64,000 bases of DNA, from the NCBI GenBank assembly GCA_041659905.1, contig JBAZXK010000002.1, positions 128,593-192,592 on the forward strand. Direction: 5' to 3'. Each line of letters starts with the position of its first letter. Positions within the stretch are counted from its first letter, which is position 1. The notes under the pieces are model-generated. The model was given only the letters and a program-made list of their open reading frames with translations, did not search any database and was not told where the DNA came from. This document shows positions 10,844 to 20,413 of the stretch, piece by piece. The stretch comes from Patescibacteria group bacterium (GTDB lineage: Bacteria; Patescibacteriota; Kazan-3B-28; UBA10110). A program made the translations under genes and the position numbers.

Positions 10844-12586
10844 ATGAAAACAAGATCGGACAGACCTCACAAATCCCAGCGGCCCCATAAACCGACTAAA
10901 CCAGTTTATCCCATTAACTCCAAGGGCGTTTTAAGGTTCATTCCTTTAGGCGGATTAGATGGAATTGGGATGAATATGCTGTTGCTGGAATACGGGGATG
11001 ATATTGTAGCTTTGGATTGCGGCATGATGTTTCCCGATGAAACTATGCTCGGGATCGATTATGTCATTCCTGACATTTCTTATTTAAGAAAACACCGGAA
11101 AAAACTTAGAGGAGTAATTATCTCGCATGGCCATGAAGACCATGTCGGTGGCATTCCCCATCTCCTCCCCGAGTTAGGCGTGCCAGTTTATGCCAGCGTG
11201 CTCGCGAGTGCTCTGATTGAGGCGCGTTTAAGCGAATTCCCCGGGGCTAAGCAGGTCAAAGTTTATAAATACCAAGAGAATGATGAGTTAAAGCTCGGCG
11301 TGTTTCGGATCAAATTCTTCCGGGTGCTCCACAGCATTCCGGATAGTTTCGGCATTATTATTGATACTCCCCTTGGCCGAGTGGTGTATACCGGTGATTT
11401 TAAATTTGATTTAACTGCCCCTGAACCGATCACACTCGATTTCGATCGGATCACTAATGGCGGGCAGGAACAACCCCTGCTTCTCCTCTCGGAAAGCACT
11501 AATGCGGAAATGCCGGGTTCCACTATTTCGGAGCAGGAGGTGGTAGAGAGTTTTGATCGCATCTTCTCCGCTTCTAAGGGCCGATTAATCGTGTCTTCGT
11601 TCGCCTCCCGGATTGACCGGATGCAATATGTGTTAACTGCCGCCCAAAAATATGGGCGGAGAGTCACCATCTCCGGACGCAGTATGTTGAAATATTTTGA
11701 TGCCGCCTCGCGCCTGGGTTATCTGAAATACCCGAAAGAATTATTAGTCCCCTTAAAAGGCGTTAGTAAAATTCCCGATGAGCAACTAGTGGTCTTGAGT
11801 ACCGGTAGCCAGGGTCAACAAGGTTCGTCACTCGCGCGGATGGCCTTTAACGAACATACTCAAGTCAAAATTAAATCCGGCGATACGGTCGTGATTTCAT
11901 CGTCCCCTATCCCCGGCAATGAACGGTCGGTTTCCGCGATTATTAATAATTTGTGTCGGGAAGGCGCCGAGGTTATTCATAATCGGACAATGCAGGTACA
12001 TGTCACCGGCCATGCTTTCCAGGACGAGCTCAAGCTCGTATTAGATAAGCTGCGGCCCAAGTACTTTATTCCGGTGCACGGCGAATATCATATGCGCACC
12101 GCCCATAAAAAACTGGCCACTGGCTTGGGGATGACAGAAGACCATATTTTTATGATTGATAATGGCGATGTAGTGGAAATTGATAAAACCAGTGCTCGGA
12201 AGCTCAGGGAAACCGTTCCGGCCGGCGTGATTATGGTAGACGGTTTAGGTGTCGGTGACGTGGGAGAGATTGTGTTGCGGGATCGCCAAGCTATGGCCAA
12301 GGAAGGCATGTTTGTGATTATCGCCACAATAGAACGGAAAACCGGCCAGCTGGTGAGCAGTCCGGACATTATCTCGCGCGGATTTGTCTATATGCGGGAG
12401 CAGGAAGACCTGATCAATCGCACCCGAAACGAAGTCAAACGGATTCTCGGCGGTAAGCGCAAAGGTAAAAAGATGCCGGATGACTGGAACAATATCAAAC
12501 AAAAAGTCCGGGAAGAGATTGGTCAATTTCTCTACAGAGAAACTGAACGTCGCCCGATGATCCTACCGGTAATAATCGAAGTCTAA
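10844..12586 (+). CDS. rnj: Ribonuclease J
   Basis: Metallo-beta-lactamase HGHEDHVGG motif, beta-CASP and C-terminal domain, 580 aa. Confidence 0.85.
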   Translation: MKTRSDRPHKSQRPHKPTKPVYPINSKGVLRFIPLGGLDGIGMNMLLLEYGDDIVALDCGMMFPDETMLGIDYVIPDISYLRKHRKKLRGVIISHGHEDHVGGIPHLLPELGVPVYASVLASALIEARLSEFPGAKQVKVYKYQENDELKLGVFRIKFFRVLHSIPDSFGIIIDTPLGRVVYTGDFKFDLTAPEPITLDFDRITNGGQEQPLLLLSESTNAEMPGSTISEQEVVESFDRIFSASKGRLIVSSFASRIDRMQYVLTAAQKYGRRVTISGRSMLKYFDAASRLGYLKYPKELLVPLKGVSKIPDEQLVVLSTGSQGQQGSSLARMAFNEHTQVKIKSGDTVVISSSPIPGNERSVSAIINNLCREGAEVIHNRTMQVHVTGHAFQDELKLVLDKLRPKYFIPVHGEYHMRTAHKKLATGLGMTEDHIFMIDNGDVVEIDKTSARKLRETVPAGVIMVDGLGVGDVGEIVLRDRQAMAKEGMFVIIATIERKTGQLVSSPDIISRGFVYMREQEDLINRTRNEVKRILGGKRKGKKMPDDWNNIKQKVREEIGQFLYRETERRPMILPVIIEV

Positions 12587-12599
12587 ATTGCCGTAGAAT

Positions 12600-12896
12600 T
12601 TATTCAGATTTGGCAGTATCTTCCAGATCTTTGCGGACAGCTGCCTGAATGGTTTGGCTATCCTGTTCTAATTTCCGGATGGCTGATTCTTGCATGGCTT
12701 CATCGGCCTGGCGAATTTTATCTACCACTTCTGCTATGGGTTGATCAGCTGCCAAATCAGCCAAGGCTTGTTGAACTGCCGTCTTGGACTGCATTAAATT
12801 ATCAGCCTGATTAGCCAGGGTTTGGGCTTTGTTAGAATTATCTAAAACCTGCTGAGTCAGGTCGGAAATTTTAGATTTGAGTTCGTCGAATTTCAT
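12600..12896 (-). CDS. Hypothetical coiled-coil protein
   Basis: 98 aa, Q/A/D-rich helical, immediately downstream of the larger coiled-coil gene on the same strand. Confidence 0.4.
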   Translation of the reverse strand: MKFDELKSKISDLTQQVLDNSNKAQTLANQADNLMQSKTAVQQALADLAADQPIAEVVDKIRQADEAMQESAIRKLEQDSQTIQAAVRKDLEDTAKSE

Positions 12897-12913
12897 ATTA
12901 ATTCTTTATTAAT

Positions 12914-14713
12914 TTAAGGGGTGCCTTTGGTGCGTGTAATTTCTTCTTCAATGGCTTCTTTTTTGCGTTTAGCGGCCTGATGCGCAATTTCCTTAGGATG
13001 TAGTGTGGTAGTTTTGAATTTAGCGGCAGCTTGTTTACTTTTATCAAGCTTTTGCATCAGCGCTTCAATTTCTTTATTTGCTTCGAGTATTCGATGAGTG
13101 TGGATGTCATTCCCCTCTCTTACTAAGGTGTCTTTTTTGTTTTGCAGTAAGTTAAGAGCCTGACTAATTGTCGATGATTCTTGTTTAGCCTCTCTGAGGG
13201 TGTCATCATATTCGCCCGCTTGGGTCAAAGCTTCATCCAGTGCAGCATTAGCAGCGTCTGTTTCTGTTTGTGCCTCAGTTATCAAAAGAGCATCTGGTGC
13301 GTTTTGTCCTCCTCTAACTTGCCGATACTCCAATCGTTCAAGCTTCTTTTGGGCAGCCTCTGCTTTACGCTTCGCCTTCCCGATGATAACAGCCTGTTCT
13401 CTCTTCTTTTTTTCTGCCTCAACTTGTTCGCCCCGAGCTCTTTCTAACTCCAAGCTTTTTTGGGAAATATTTTCGTCCAATTCCGCTATTTTTTGCGTGA
13501 TAGTTTTTAACTTGTCTCTTAAGTCTTCTCTCTCGCTTTGGGTAGTTCGCAAGTCATATTCCAAAGTGCTGATAGCTTCCCCCTGTTCTGCTAAAGCATC
13601 TTTGAGCTGTTCCAATTCAGTGCTTAATTTGGCTTCGGCTATGCTTTCGGGTTGTAATTTTTCTTCTAAGATGGCAATTTTCCGATCTAACTCAGCTTGT
13701 TTAATATTTTTTTCCTGTTCGGCTTGGCTGCGCTTTTTGGTCCTTTTAACTTCTATTTTTTCTTTGGCAAACTTTTCCGCAGCCTGGACTTGTTTGCTAA
13801 AAGCTTCCTCTCGAAGGTGAGTATCTTTTTGAGTTGATTGTTTAGCCAGTTCTGCTCGTAAGCGATTTTGTTCTTGCTGGTGTTGAAGATCCAACGCTGC
13901 TAAACTTAGCAGATCAGCCTGTTCGAAATCAGACCTGCTATCACCCATCCGATAGGCCGTTTGGTCTTTTCTAGGCCGATGCATTTGTTTAATCGCCAAA
14001 ACTATTTCAGTTTCCTGAACTTTTTGCTGAGCCTCTTTAATGGCGGTGCCATATTCTGTGACCAGTTGGGAACGATTTTTATTCCAGTCCGATGTGTATT
14101 TTTCATAGTCTTTTTGCTTATATTGCAAGAAGTGTTCTTGAGCGTCCAGACTCCACTTGATCGATTCTAAATCAGCCATCGCTTCGACTTGCTCGGCTTC
14201 AGTAAATTCTTCTCCGGGCTGGAGGACAATCCCTTCTAATAAAGAACACTGTTGTTTTAACTCTAAAACATTGGCTTCGGCTTCTCGTAAGTCTCTCTCG
14301 ATCATTCTTTCTTCGTCGCGGATTTTTCCTAATTCAGCATAAAGTTGACCTTCTAATTGACGCTTATTACGCTTGGCTTCAAATTGCAAATCTTTTTGGC
14401 GCCGAGTTTCTTTATTCCGGAGCCATGTTCCGATGGGATTGGTCCAAATGTTATTCAGCCGATGAGGGGGGCGATATTTTTTCTCAATACTGGGGTAACG
14501 CTCGAACACGTCTTCGGCTCGAGCAATTTGTTTAATGACATCTGTCTGTTCCTTTTCCTTAATTTCCCTCTCATATAACAGAGGTTCAGCATCTGAGGTA
14601 TCTTCAAATGATTTTCTTAGTCTAGAGGCTTTCTCTCTCGCACCTTGCCGGATTTCATCAAAATCATCCTCTGGGGATTCAGATGAAATAGGTTGTTCTC
14701 TTTGCTCTGCCAT
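12914..14713 (-). CDS. Large E/K-rich coiled-coil protein, function unknown
   Basis: 599 aa, long heptad-like charged stretches; the many plus-strand ORFs inside it (13181-14759) are shadow ORFs. Confidence 0.6.
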   Translation of the reverse strand: MAEQREQPISSESPEDDFDEIRQGAREKASRLRKSFEDTSDAEPLLYEREIKEKEQTDVIKQIARAEDVFERYPSIEKKYRPPHRLNNIWTNPIGTWLRNKETRRQKDLQFEAKRNKRQLEGQLYAELGKIRDEERMIERDLREAEANVLELKQQCSLLEGIVLQPGEEFTEAEQVEAMADLESIKWSLDAQEHFLQYKQKDYEKYTSDWNKNRSQLVTEYGTAIKEAQQKVQETEIVLAIKQMHRPRKDQTAYRMGDSRSDFEQADLLSLAALDLQHQQEQNRLRAELAKQSTQKDTHLREEAFSKQVQAAEKFAKEKIEVKRTKKRSQAEQEKNIKQAELDRKIAILEEKLQPESIAEAKLSTELEQLKDALAEQGEAISTLEYDLRTTQSEREDLRDKLKTITQKIAELDENISQKSLELERARGEQVEAEKKKREQAVIIGKAKRKAEAAQKKLERLEYRQVRGGQNAPDALLITEAQTETDAANAALDEALTQAGEYDDTLREAKQESSTISQALNLLQNKKDTLVREGNDIHTHRILEANKEIEALMQKLDKSKQAAAKFKTTTLHPKEIAHQAAKRKKEAIEEEITRTKGTP

Positions 14714-14850
14714 GGATTTCTTGCTTAGTTTTACTATTATTTTATTATATCACCAATAGAGTTTTTTGTCAATAAGAGATTAGTTCCAGGGTTTCTCCTC
14801 CTCTAAATCGCTCTATGCTATAATTAACCTGTTATTGAGGCGATTTTTTA

Positions 14851-17064
14851 ATGGCAAAACCCCGAAAAAAGAAAAAACAGTACCGCTACCGTTCCTATCA
14901 GACCTCTAAATGGGTAGATGGACTGAATTTAGATTTGGAATTAGAGCCGCATATCTTACGCGAGATTGTGGCAGTATTGTTGATAGGGTTGGGAGTGTTT
15001 ACTTTACTGGCAATCTTAGGAGCAGCAGGCGGTGTCGGCAGTGTCTTCTTTACGGCTTTGCGGATAGGATTGGGTTGGACTAGTTTTATCTTGCCGGTAG
15101 TATTAGTCGGTGCTGGCCTAGCTTTGTTTTATCCAGTGAAATATAAATTTACCACTACAAATACTGTGGGCTTGATTATGTTAGTCGTGGCTCTGTCGGC
15201 TTTACTGCATTTGTTTGTTGTCCCAGAAAACAGTGTGGGCGTAGCCCAAAGTGGAGCCGGCGGGGGTTATATTGGACTCGGCATTGCCGCAGGGTTAATT
15301 AAACTGGTCGATTTCTGGGCAGCCTTGTTGATTGTCGGTATGGCACTAGCCATTGCTTTATTGTTTGTGTTTGGCCAACCTCTGCGCGAGCTTTATTATC
15401 GAGCCAAACTGAATGTGCCTGCTCTCCCCCATTCACCCAAATTGATTATTCATAATGCGGGAGCGAAGGGTGGCCGAGCGCAAAAAGAAGAAGATACCGA
15501 CACTAAAGAAAATCAGGAACAAATTAAAACAGATGAACCCGAATTAGAGGTAGCTAAGACCTTTGTGCGTAAGAAGGTATCCGAGCAAGAGCCAGATTTT
15601 GTGCCCCAACTCACTACTGCCGGCGATTTTAAGTTGCCCCCGCTCGATTTATTGAGCGACACGGTAACTAAAGTCGATAGCGGCAATATTCGCCAAAATG
15701 TCGGTATTATCCAAGAAGCTTTGGAAGATTTCGGTATTCAAGTGGAGATGTCAGAAGTAAATGTCGGCCCGACAGTCACGCAATACACCTTGAAACCGGC
15801 GGCGGGAGTTAAATTATCTAAGATCAGTAATTTATCTAATGATTTATCGCTCGCTTTGGCGGCCCATCCTATCAGAATTGAAGCACCTATTCCAGGGCGG
15901 TCGTTGGTCGGGATTGAAGTACCCAATAAGAAATCTTCGATGGTGCGCCTGCGCGAACTAATCGAATCTGATGCCTTCAAAGCGATCCGCTCCCCTTTGC
16001 GGATGCCCTTGGGACGCGATGTAGCGGGGACGCCGGTAGCCGCCGATTTAGTGCGGATGCCGCATTTACTGATTGCGGGAGCCACCGGTATGGGTAAAAG
16101 CGTTTTTCTTAATTCATTATTAGTAAGTTTGATTTATCAGAATTCTCCGGCGGATTTGAGATTGGTCCTGGTCGATCCGAAGCGGGTAGAGTTTACGGCC
16201 TACAACGATGTCCCGCACTTACTGGCGCCGGTGATTGTCGATCCCTACAAAACCATTAGTGCTTTAAAGTGGTTAGTGATGGAGATGGAGCGCCGCTATA
16301 AAGTTTTTGCCGATCATAAAGTGCGCTTTATCGAAGCGTTTAACCGGGAATATCCGGATGCCAAAATGCCTTACATTGTTTTAGCTATTGATGAGTTAGC
16401 TGATTTGATGGCAGTGTCGGCCCGCGAGGTCGAAGCTTACATTTGTCGTTTAGCGCAAATGTCTCGGGCAGTAGGCATCCACTTAGTCTTAGCCACCCAA
16501 AGACCTTCCGTGGATGTCATTACCGGGCTGATTAAAGCCAATTTCCCCTCCCGGCTAGCTTTTGCAGTTACCTCCGGCACCGATTCTCGCACTATTTTAG
16601 ATACGGTCGGAGCGGACAAATTGCTGGGTAATGGAGATATGCTCTTCCAACCTTCTGATGCCAGCAAGCCGCGCCGGATTCAAGGAGTGTTTGTAAGCGA
16701 TAAAGAGGTTAAAGCCGTGACCGATTTTGTGAAACAGCAAGACAATCCCCAATACATTAGCGAATTGATCGCTGAAACCAAAGAATCCAAGCAATCCGAG
16801 ATTGAATCCGAAGGCGATCCCTTATTAAATGAAGCTGTTGAATTGGTGGTGCGGACTGGCAAGGCCTCAGCCTCGTATTTGCAAAGAAGATTTCGGATTG
16901 GTTATGCGCGGGCGGCCCGCCTCCTAGATTTATTAGAAATGAAAGGAATTGTCGGTCCGGGCGAAGGGGCCAAACCGCGCGAGATTTTAATGTCGCGCAC
17001 CGAATTGGTGGGGCAAGCCGCCAGCCCGACTGAGGCGGAATATAAAGAGGGCGAAGACTATTAA
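14851..17064 (+). CDS. ftsK: DNA translocase FtsK/SpoIIIE
   Basis: N-terminal TM segments, linker, motor domain with Walker A GATGMGKS and C-terminal gamma (winged-helix) domain. Confidence 0.9.
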   Translation: MAKPRKKKKQYRYRSYQTSKWVDGLNLDLELEPHILREIVAVLLIGLGVFTLLAILGAAGGVGSVFFTALRIGLGWTSFILPVVLVGAGLALFYPVKYKFTTTNTVGLIMLVVALSALLHLFVVPENSVGVAQSGAGGGYIGLGIAAGLIKLVDFWAALLIVGMALAIALLFVFGQPLRELYYRAKLNVPALPHSPKLIIHNAGAKGGRAQKEEDTDTKENQEQIKTDEPELEVAKTFVRKKVSEQEPDFVPQLTTAGDFKLPPLDLLSDTVTKVDSGNIRQNVGIIQEALEDFGIQVEMSEVNVGPTVTQYTLKPAAGVKLSKISNLSNDLSLALAAHPIRIEAPIPGRSLVGIEVPNKKSSMVRLRELIESDAFKAIRSPLRMPLGRDVAGTPVAADLVRMPHLLIAGATGMGKSVFLNSLLVSLIYQNSPADLRLVLVDPKRVEFTAYNDVPHLLAPVIVDPYKTISALKWLVMEMERRYKVFADHKVRFIEAFNREYPDAKMPYIVLAIDELADLMAVSAREVEAYICRLAQMSRAVGIHLVLATQRPSVDVITGLIKANFPSRLAFAVTSGTDSRTILDTVGADKLLGNGDMLFQPSDASKPRRIQGVFVSDKEVKAVTDFVKQQDNPQYISELIAETKESKQSEIESEGDPLLNEAVELVVRTGKASASYLQRRFRIGYARAARLLDLLEMKGIVGPGEGAKPREILMSRTELVGQAASPTEAEYKEGEDY

Positions 17065-17161
17065 ATAATATGTCATCCTCGGGCTTGACCCGAGGATCCA
17101 GGCCTAGACTCGGCGAGGCTGGCAGGCCTGGATTCCCGATCGAGTCGGGAATGACAAAGAA
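17065..17161. repeat. GC-rich palindromic REP-like element; left arm of an inverted-repeat pair (partner 20297-20380)
   Basis: Nested hairpins gtcatcctcgggcttgacccgaggatgac and gattcccgatcgagtcgggaatc. The reverse complement of 20297-20407 is identical to 17038-17161 apart from a 24 nt indel. Confidence 0.8.
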
Positions 17162-17169
17162 TAAACAGT

Positions 17170-17664
17170 ATGGCTACAGAATCTTCTTTCGATATCGTGT
17201 CCGAAATTGATCAGCAAGAGCTCGCCAACGCTTTAGATCAAACCCGCCGTGAAATTGCCGGGCGCTATGATTTTAAAGATGCTCCTGTCGAGATTAAAGA
17301 GGAGAAAGATCAATTAGTCATTTTAGCGCCAACCGAGTTTAAATTTAATGCGGCGCTGGATATTATTAAATCAAAACTGATCCGGCGGCAACTGGATTTG
17401 CGGATTTTGGGAGAGAATAAGATCGAACCGGCCAGCGGCGGTGCCGTGCGCGTAACCATTCCCCTGGTCGCTGGCATATCGGCGGATCGGGCTAAGTTAA
17501 TCAATAAAATAATTCGAGATCAGTTGCCAAAAGTAAAGGCCACTATCCAAGGGGATACCATCAGGGTCAGTTCCAAAAGCCGCGACGACTTACAGGCAGT
17601 GATGGCTCTATTTAAAGACAAGCCGGAAGTTACTATCCCCCTCCAGTTTACTAATTATCGTTAA
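17170..17664 (+). CDS. yajQ: YajQ-family (UPF0234) nucleotide-binding protein
   Basis: 164 aa, MATESSFDIVSEIDQQELANALDQTRREIAGRYDFKD matches the YajQ N-terminus. Confidence 0.8.
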   Translation: MATESSFDIVSEIDQQELANALDQTRREIAGRYDFKDAPVEIKEEKDQLVILAPTEFKFNAALDIIKSKLIRRQLDLRILGENKIEPASGGAVRVTIPLVAGISADRAKLINKIIRDQLPKVKATIQGDTIRVSSKSRDDLQAVMALFKDKPEVTIPLQFTNYR

Positions 17665-17691
17665 ATAGTTTATTTAACTAATATAAAAGAT

Positions 17692-18693
17692 ATGAATCCC
17701 ACTAAAACTTTAACTAAATCTGTACCCACGGATACCCTATCTGATACGCTAAGCCAGATTGAGAAGAAATACGGCCAAGGCGCCGTCATGCGTTTGGGTG
17801 ATGCTAAGCATGCCGAAGTAGAAGCTGTCCCGACCGGGTCACTCACTTTGGATCTGGCTTTAGGCGTGGGTGGGATTCCCAAAGGTCGAGTGATTGAGAT
17901 CTTCGGGCCGGAATCATCCGGCAAAACCACTTTGGCTTTGCATATGATCGCCCAATTTCAAAAACGGGGCGAAACGGCGGCATTTGTGGATGCCGAACAT
18001 GCTCTGGATCCGGATTACGCTAAACGGATCGGCGTGGACACTCAAAATCTGCTGATTTCTCAGCCGGACAATGGCGAACAAGCCCTAGATATTGTCGAAG
18101 CCTTAGTGAAATCTAATTCGGTCGGTATTATTGTGATCGATTCGGTGGCGGCATTAGTCCCCCGGGCGGAAATTGAGGGCGATATGGGAGATTCCCATAT
18201 GGGACTGCAAGCCCGGTTAATGAGTCAAGCTCTCCGGAAAATTACAGCTTATGTGAGCAAGTCGCGGACGGCAGTCATTTTTATTAATCAGTTGCGCATG
18301 AAGATTGGAATTATGTTCGGTAACCCCGAAACTACCACCGGTGGCAATGCTTTAAAATATTATTCTTCGGTTAGATTGGATATTCGGCGGGTCGAGTCGA
18401 TTAAATCAGGCGAAGAAGCAGTTGGCAACCGCGTGCGGGTGAAAGTAGTTAAAAATAAAATCGCTGCTCCATTCCGCCAAGCCGAGTTTGATTTGATGTT
18501 TGCGCAAGGTATCTCCCGCGAGGGCGAACTGATCGATCTGGGCTTGAGCCGCGGCTTTGTTATTAAATCCGGCTCGTGGTACGAGTGGGAAGGATCCAAA
18601 ATCGGTCAAGGTAAGGAAGCGGCCAAAGAATTCCTAAAAACCGACAAAAAAGCCGCCGAGAAGCTCGAGAAGATGATCCGCTCACTCGCGTAA
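17692..18693 (+). CDS. recA: Recombinase RecA
   Basis: [20 protein letters not shown] Walker A, characteristic L1/L2 region, 333 aa. Confidence 0.95.
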   Translation: MNPTKTLTKSVPTDTLSDTLSQIEKKYGQGAVMRLGDAKHAEVEAVPTGSLTLDLALGVGGIPKGRVIEIFGPESSGKTTLALHMIAQFQKRGETAAFVDAEHALDPDYAKRIGVDTQNLLISQPDNGEQALDIVEALVKSNSVGIIVIDSVAALVPRAEIEGDMGDSHMGLQARLMSQALRKITAYVSKSRTAVIFINQLRMKIGIMFGNPETTTGGNALKYYSSVRLDIRRVESIKSGEEAVGNRVRVKVVKNKIAAPFRQAEFDLMFAQGISREGELIDLGLSRGFVIKSGSWYEWEGSKIGQGKEAAKEFLKTDKKAAEKLEKMIRSLA

Positions 18694-18704
18694 ATTGCAA
18701 TAAT

Positions 18705-19661
18705 TTAGGCAATAGTAACCAGAGTGTTATTTGGGGCCCAGTCGTACAGCACTTTAGAAGCCTCAATACCCACGCGGACGCAACCGTGTGACATTGGTTT
18801 GCCTAAATGCATATAATCTTCGTACAGTTTACCATTGGTATATAAACGACCATCAACCACTTCCCCTTCGATACGTTTACCTTGTTTAACTTTCCAGTGC
18901 GGTAGGGCGTGCAAACCATAGCCGATAAACCCGTATTCCCTGTTATAGAGCGCCATCCAATTATCCATAAACAAACTGTACTTACTAGAATAGGCCGTAT
19001 CGATGTGGTTAAGAATTTTGAATTTTCCTTTCGGAGTGTTATAGCCAGATTTGCCGCTAGAAATGGGAGTGTCTAACATTACGACATTATTTTCAACAAC
19101 CCAGAGCCGTTGGTCGCTTAACCAAATATAAATCTGTTTGCCCATCGCATCTTGATAGCTAAGCTCATTGCCTACCTGGAGCAACCATTTAATAGTGGGG
19201 CCGGTAATTACAGTAGTACCTAAATGTAATTTGAAGGATTCTTGGTATAAGGCTTTGCGAGTGACGGTCTGAATCGGAATATTAAAAGTAATTGTGCCAC
19301 GCGGGCGAATACTGTCTTGGTCAACCGAGCTACCAGCTAAAATCCGATTTTGGTCGATCCAAACGGAAGTAGCAAAGGGGCTTTTATGGTCGGGAGTGCC
19401 ATCGAAATAAATACTGCTTAGATAAAGCTGGTACAGGGGCCAAGGTTCCGACCCGATATTTTTTAGCTTAAGCGTAAGAAACCCCGGCTGGTTGGGTTCT
19501 AGGATAGGGTCGGCGCTCTGTTCAACAATTTCATATTGATAAGAGGGCAACAGCTCTTGGGCGCGGGTAGTTTGGGCAAAGAAGATAAAGCCGCCGGCGA
19601 TTAAACAAGACGACATCACGACTACACCTATGGTTTGGAAGATTTTTATGTTTATTTTCAC
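18705..19661 (-). CDS. L,D-transpeptidase (YkuD domain) with N-terminal signal/anchor
   Basis: C-terminal SHGCVRV catalytic motif of L,D-transpeptidases; N-terminal hydrophobic segment. Confidence 0.75.
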   Translation of the reverse strand: MKINIKIFQTIGVVVMSSCLIAGGFIFFAQTTRAQELLPSYQYEIVEQSADPILEPNQPGFLTLKLKNIGSEPWPLYQLYLSSIYFDGTPDHKSPFATSVWIDQNRILAGSSVDQDSIRPRGTITFNIPIQTVTRKALYQESFKLHLGTTVITGPTIKWLLQVGNELSYQDAMGKQIYIWLSDQRLWVVENNVVMLDTPISSGKSGYNTPKGKFKILNHIDTAYSSKYSLFMDNWMALYNREYGFIGYGLHALPHWKVKQGKRIEGEVVDGRLYTNGKLYEDYMHLGKPMSHGCVRVGIEASKVLYDWAPNNTLVTIA

Positions 19662-20027
19662 CGATTCTTATGGTTTTAACTAAGATTTCATTATACCAAA
19701 AAAATCGCCTCTGGTCAAGATAATTCTTGACACATAGGAGTAGATATGATAGGTTATAATGATTTCGTGAAGCTAGGTGTACCTTGGAGACCATAATGAT
19801 AAAGAAGACCAGAAAGTCGGCCATCGCAAAGAAGCAGCTGAAAATCAAGAAGCAATACTGCGAAAGATCCTGCGATTGTGCGAGGGAGGATCAAGGCCAT
19901 TGTCCCCTTCAAAACAATCAACCTATGTCTAACTGCTCTTCGGCAGTGCCCGACGAGACTGTTGCGCAGAGAAAGCCGAGAAAGCGCAAAGTATCAGCGG
20001 CCTGACCAAGGCCTAACTAACCAAAGA

Positions 20028-20058
20028 AACCCCTCTGAATCAGAGGGGTTCTTCTATT
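20028..20058. terminator. Rho-independent terminator hairpin (bidirectional)
   Basis: aacccctctg-aat-cagaggggtt perfect 10 bp stem followed by a T-rich tract; sits between convergent units. Confidence 0.7.
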
Positions 20059-20073
20059 AAATGTTTGGCGATA

Positions 20074-20292
20074 TTAAAACAATAACGAGAGGGTGGTGGG
20101 AAGATCGGTGTAATTAATTACCACGGCGCTGGCGGCAAGTAATACTAGTAAAATTATCAAAACCCAAAACAGCCAATGCGCGCCATCTTCAATTTCATCA
20201 GGCAGAACAATAATATAATTGGTTTTTTTGGGAACCAATTTTTTTAGCTTCTGGACTTTCGATGATTTTTTGTCTGATTTAATTTCTGTCAT
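20074..20292 (-). CDS. Small hypothetical membrane protein
   Basis: 72 aa with one strong TM helix (HWLFWVLIILLVLLAASAVVINY). Confidence 0.4.
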   Translation of the reverse strand: MTEIKSDKKSSKVQKLKKLVPKKTNYIIVLPDEIEDGAHWLFWVLIILLVLLAASAVVINYTDLPTTLSLLF

Positions 20293-20296
20293 ATTG

Positions 20297-20380
20297 TTTC
20301 TTCTTTGTCATTCCCGACTCGATCGGGAATCCAGGCCTGGATCCTCGGGTCAAGCCCGAGGATGACATATTATTTAATAG
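20297..20380. repeat. Right arm of the inverted-repeat pair (inverted copy of 17065-17161); 20381-20407 additionally copies the last 27 nt of ftsK
   Basis: Reverse complement matches 17038-17161 except for the 24 nt indel. Confidence 0.8.
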
Positions 20381-20413
20381 TCTTCGCCCTCTTTATATTC
20401 TGTCTCAGTCAGG

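Noticed and set aside
13181-14759. Several plus-strand ORFs (13181-13447, 13200-13820, 13961-14170, 14157-14342, 14357-14578, 14535-14759)
   Set aside because: They all lie antisense inside the 599 aa coiled-coil gene and have Ser/Leu/Phe-rich low-complexity translations typical of shadow ORFs opposite an E/K-rich gene.
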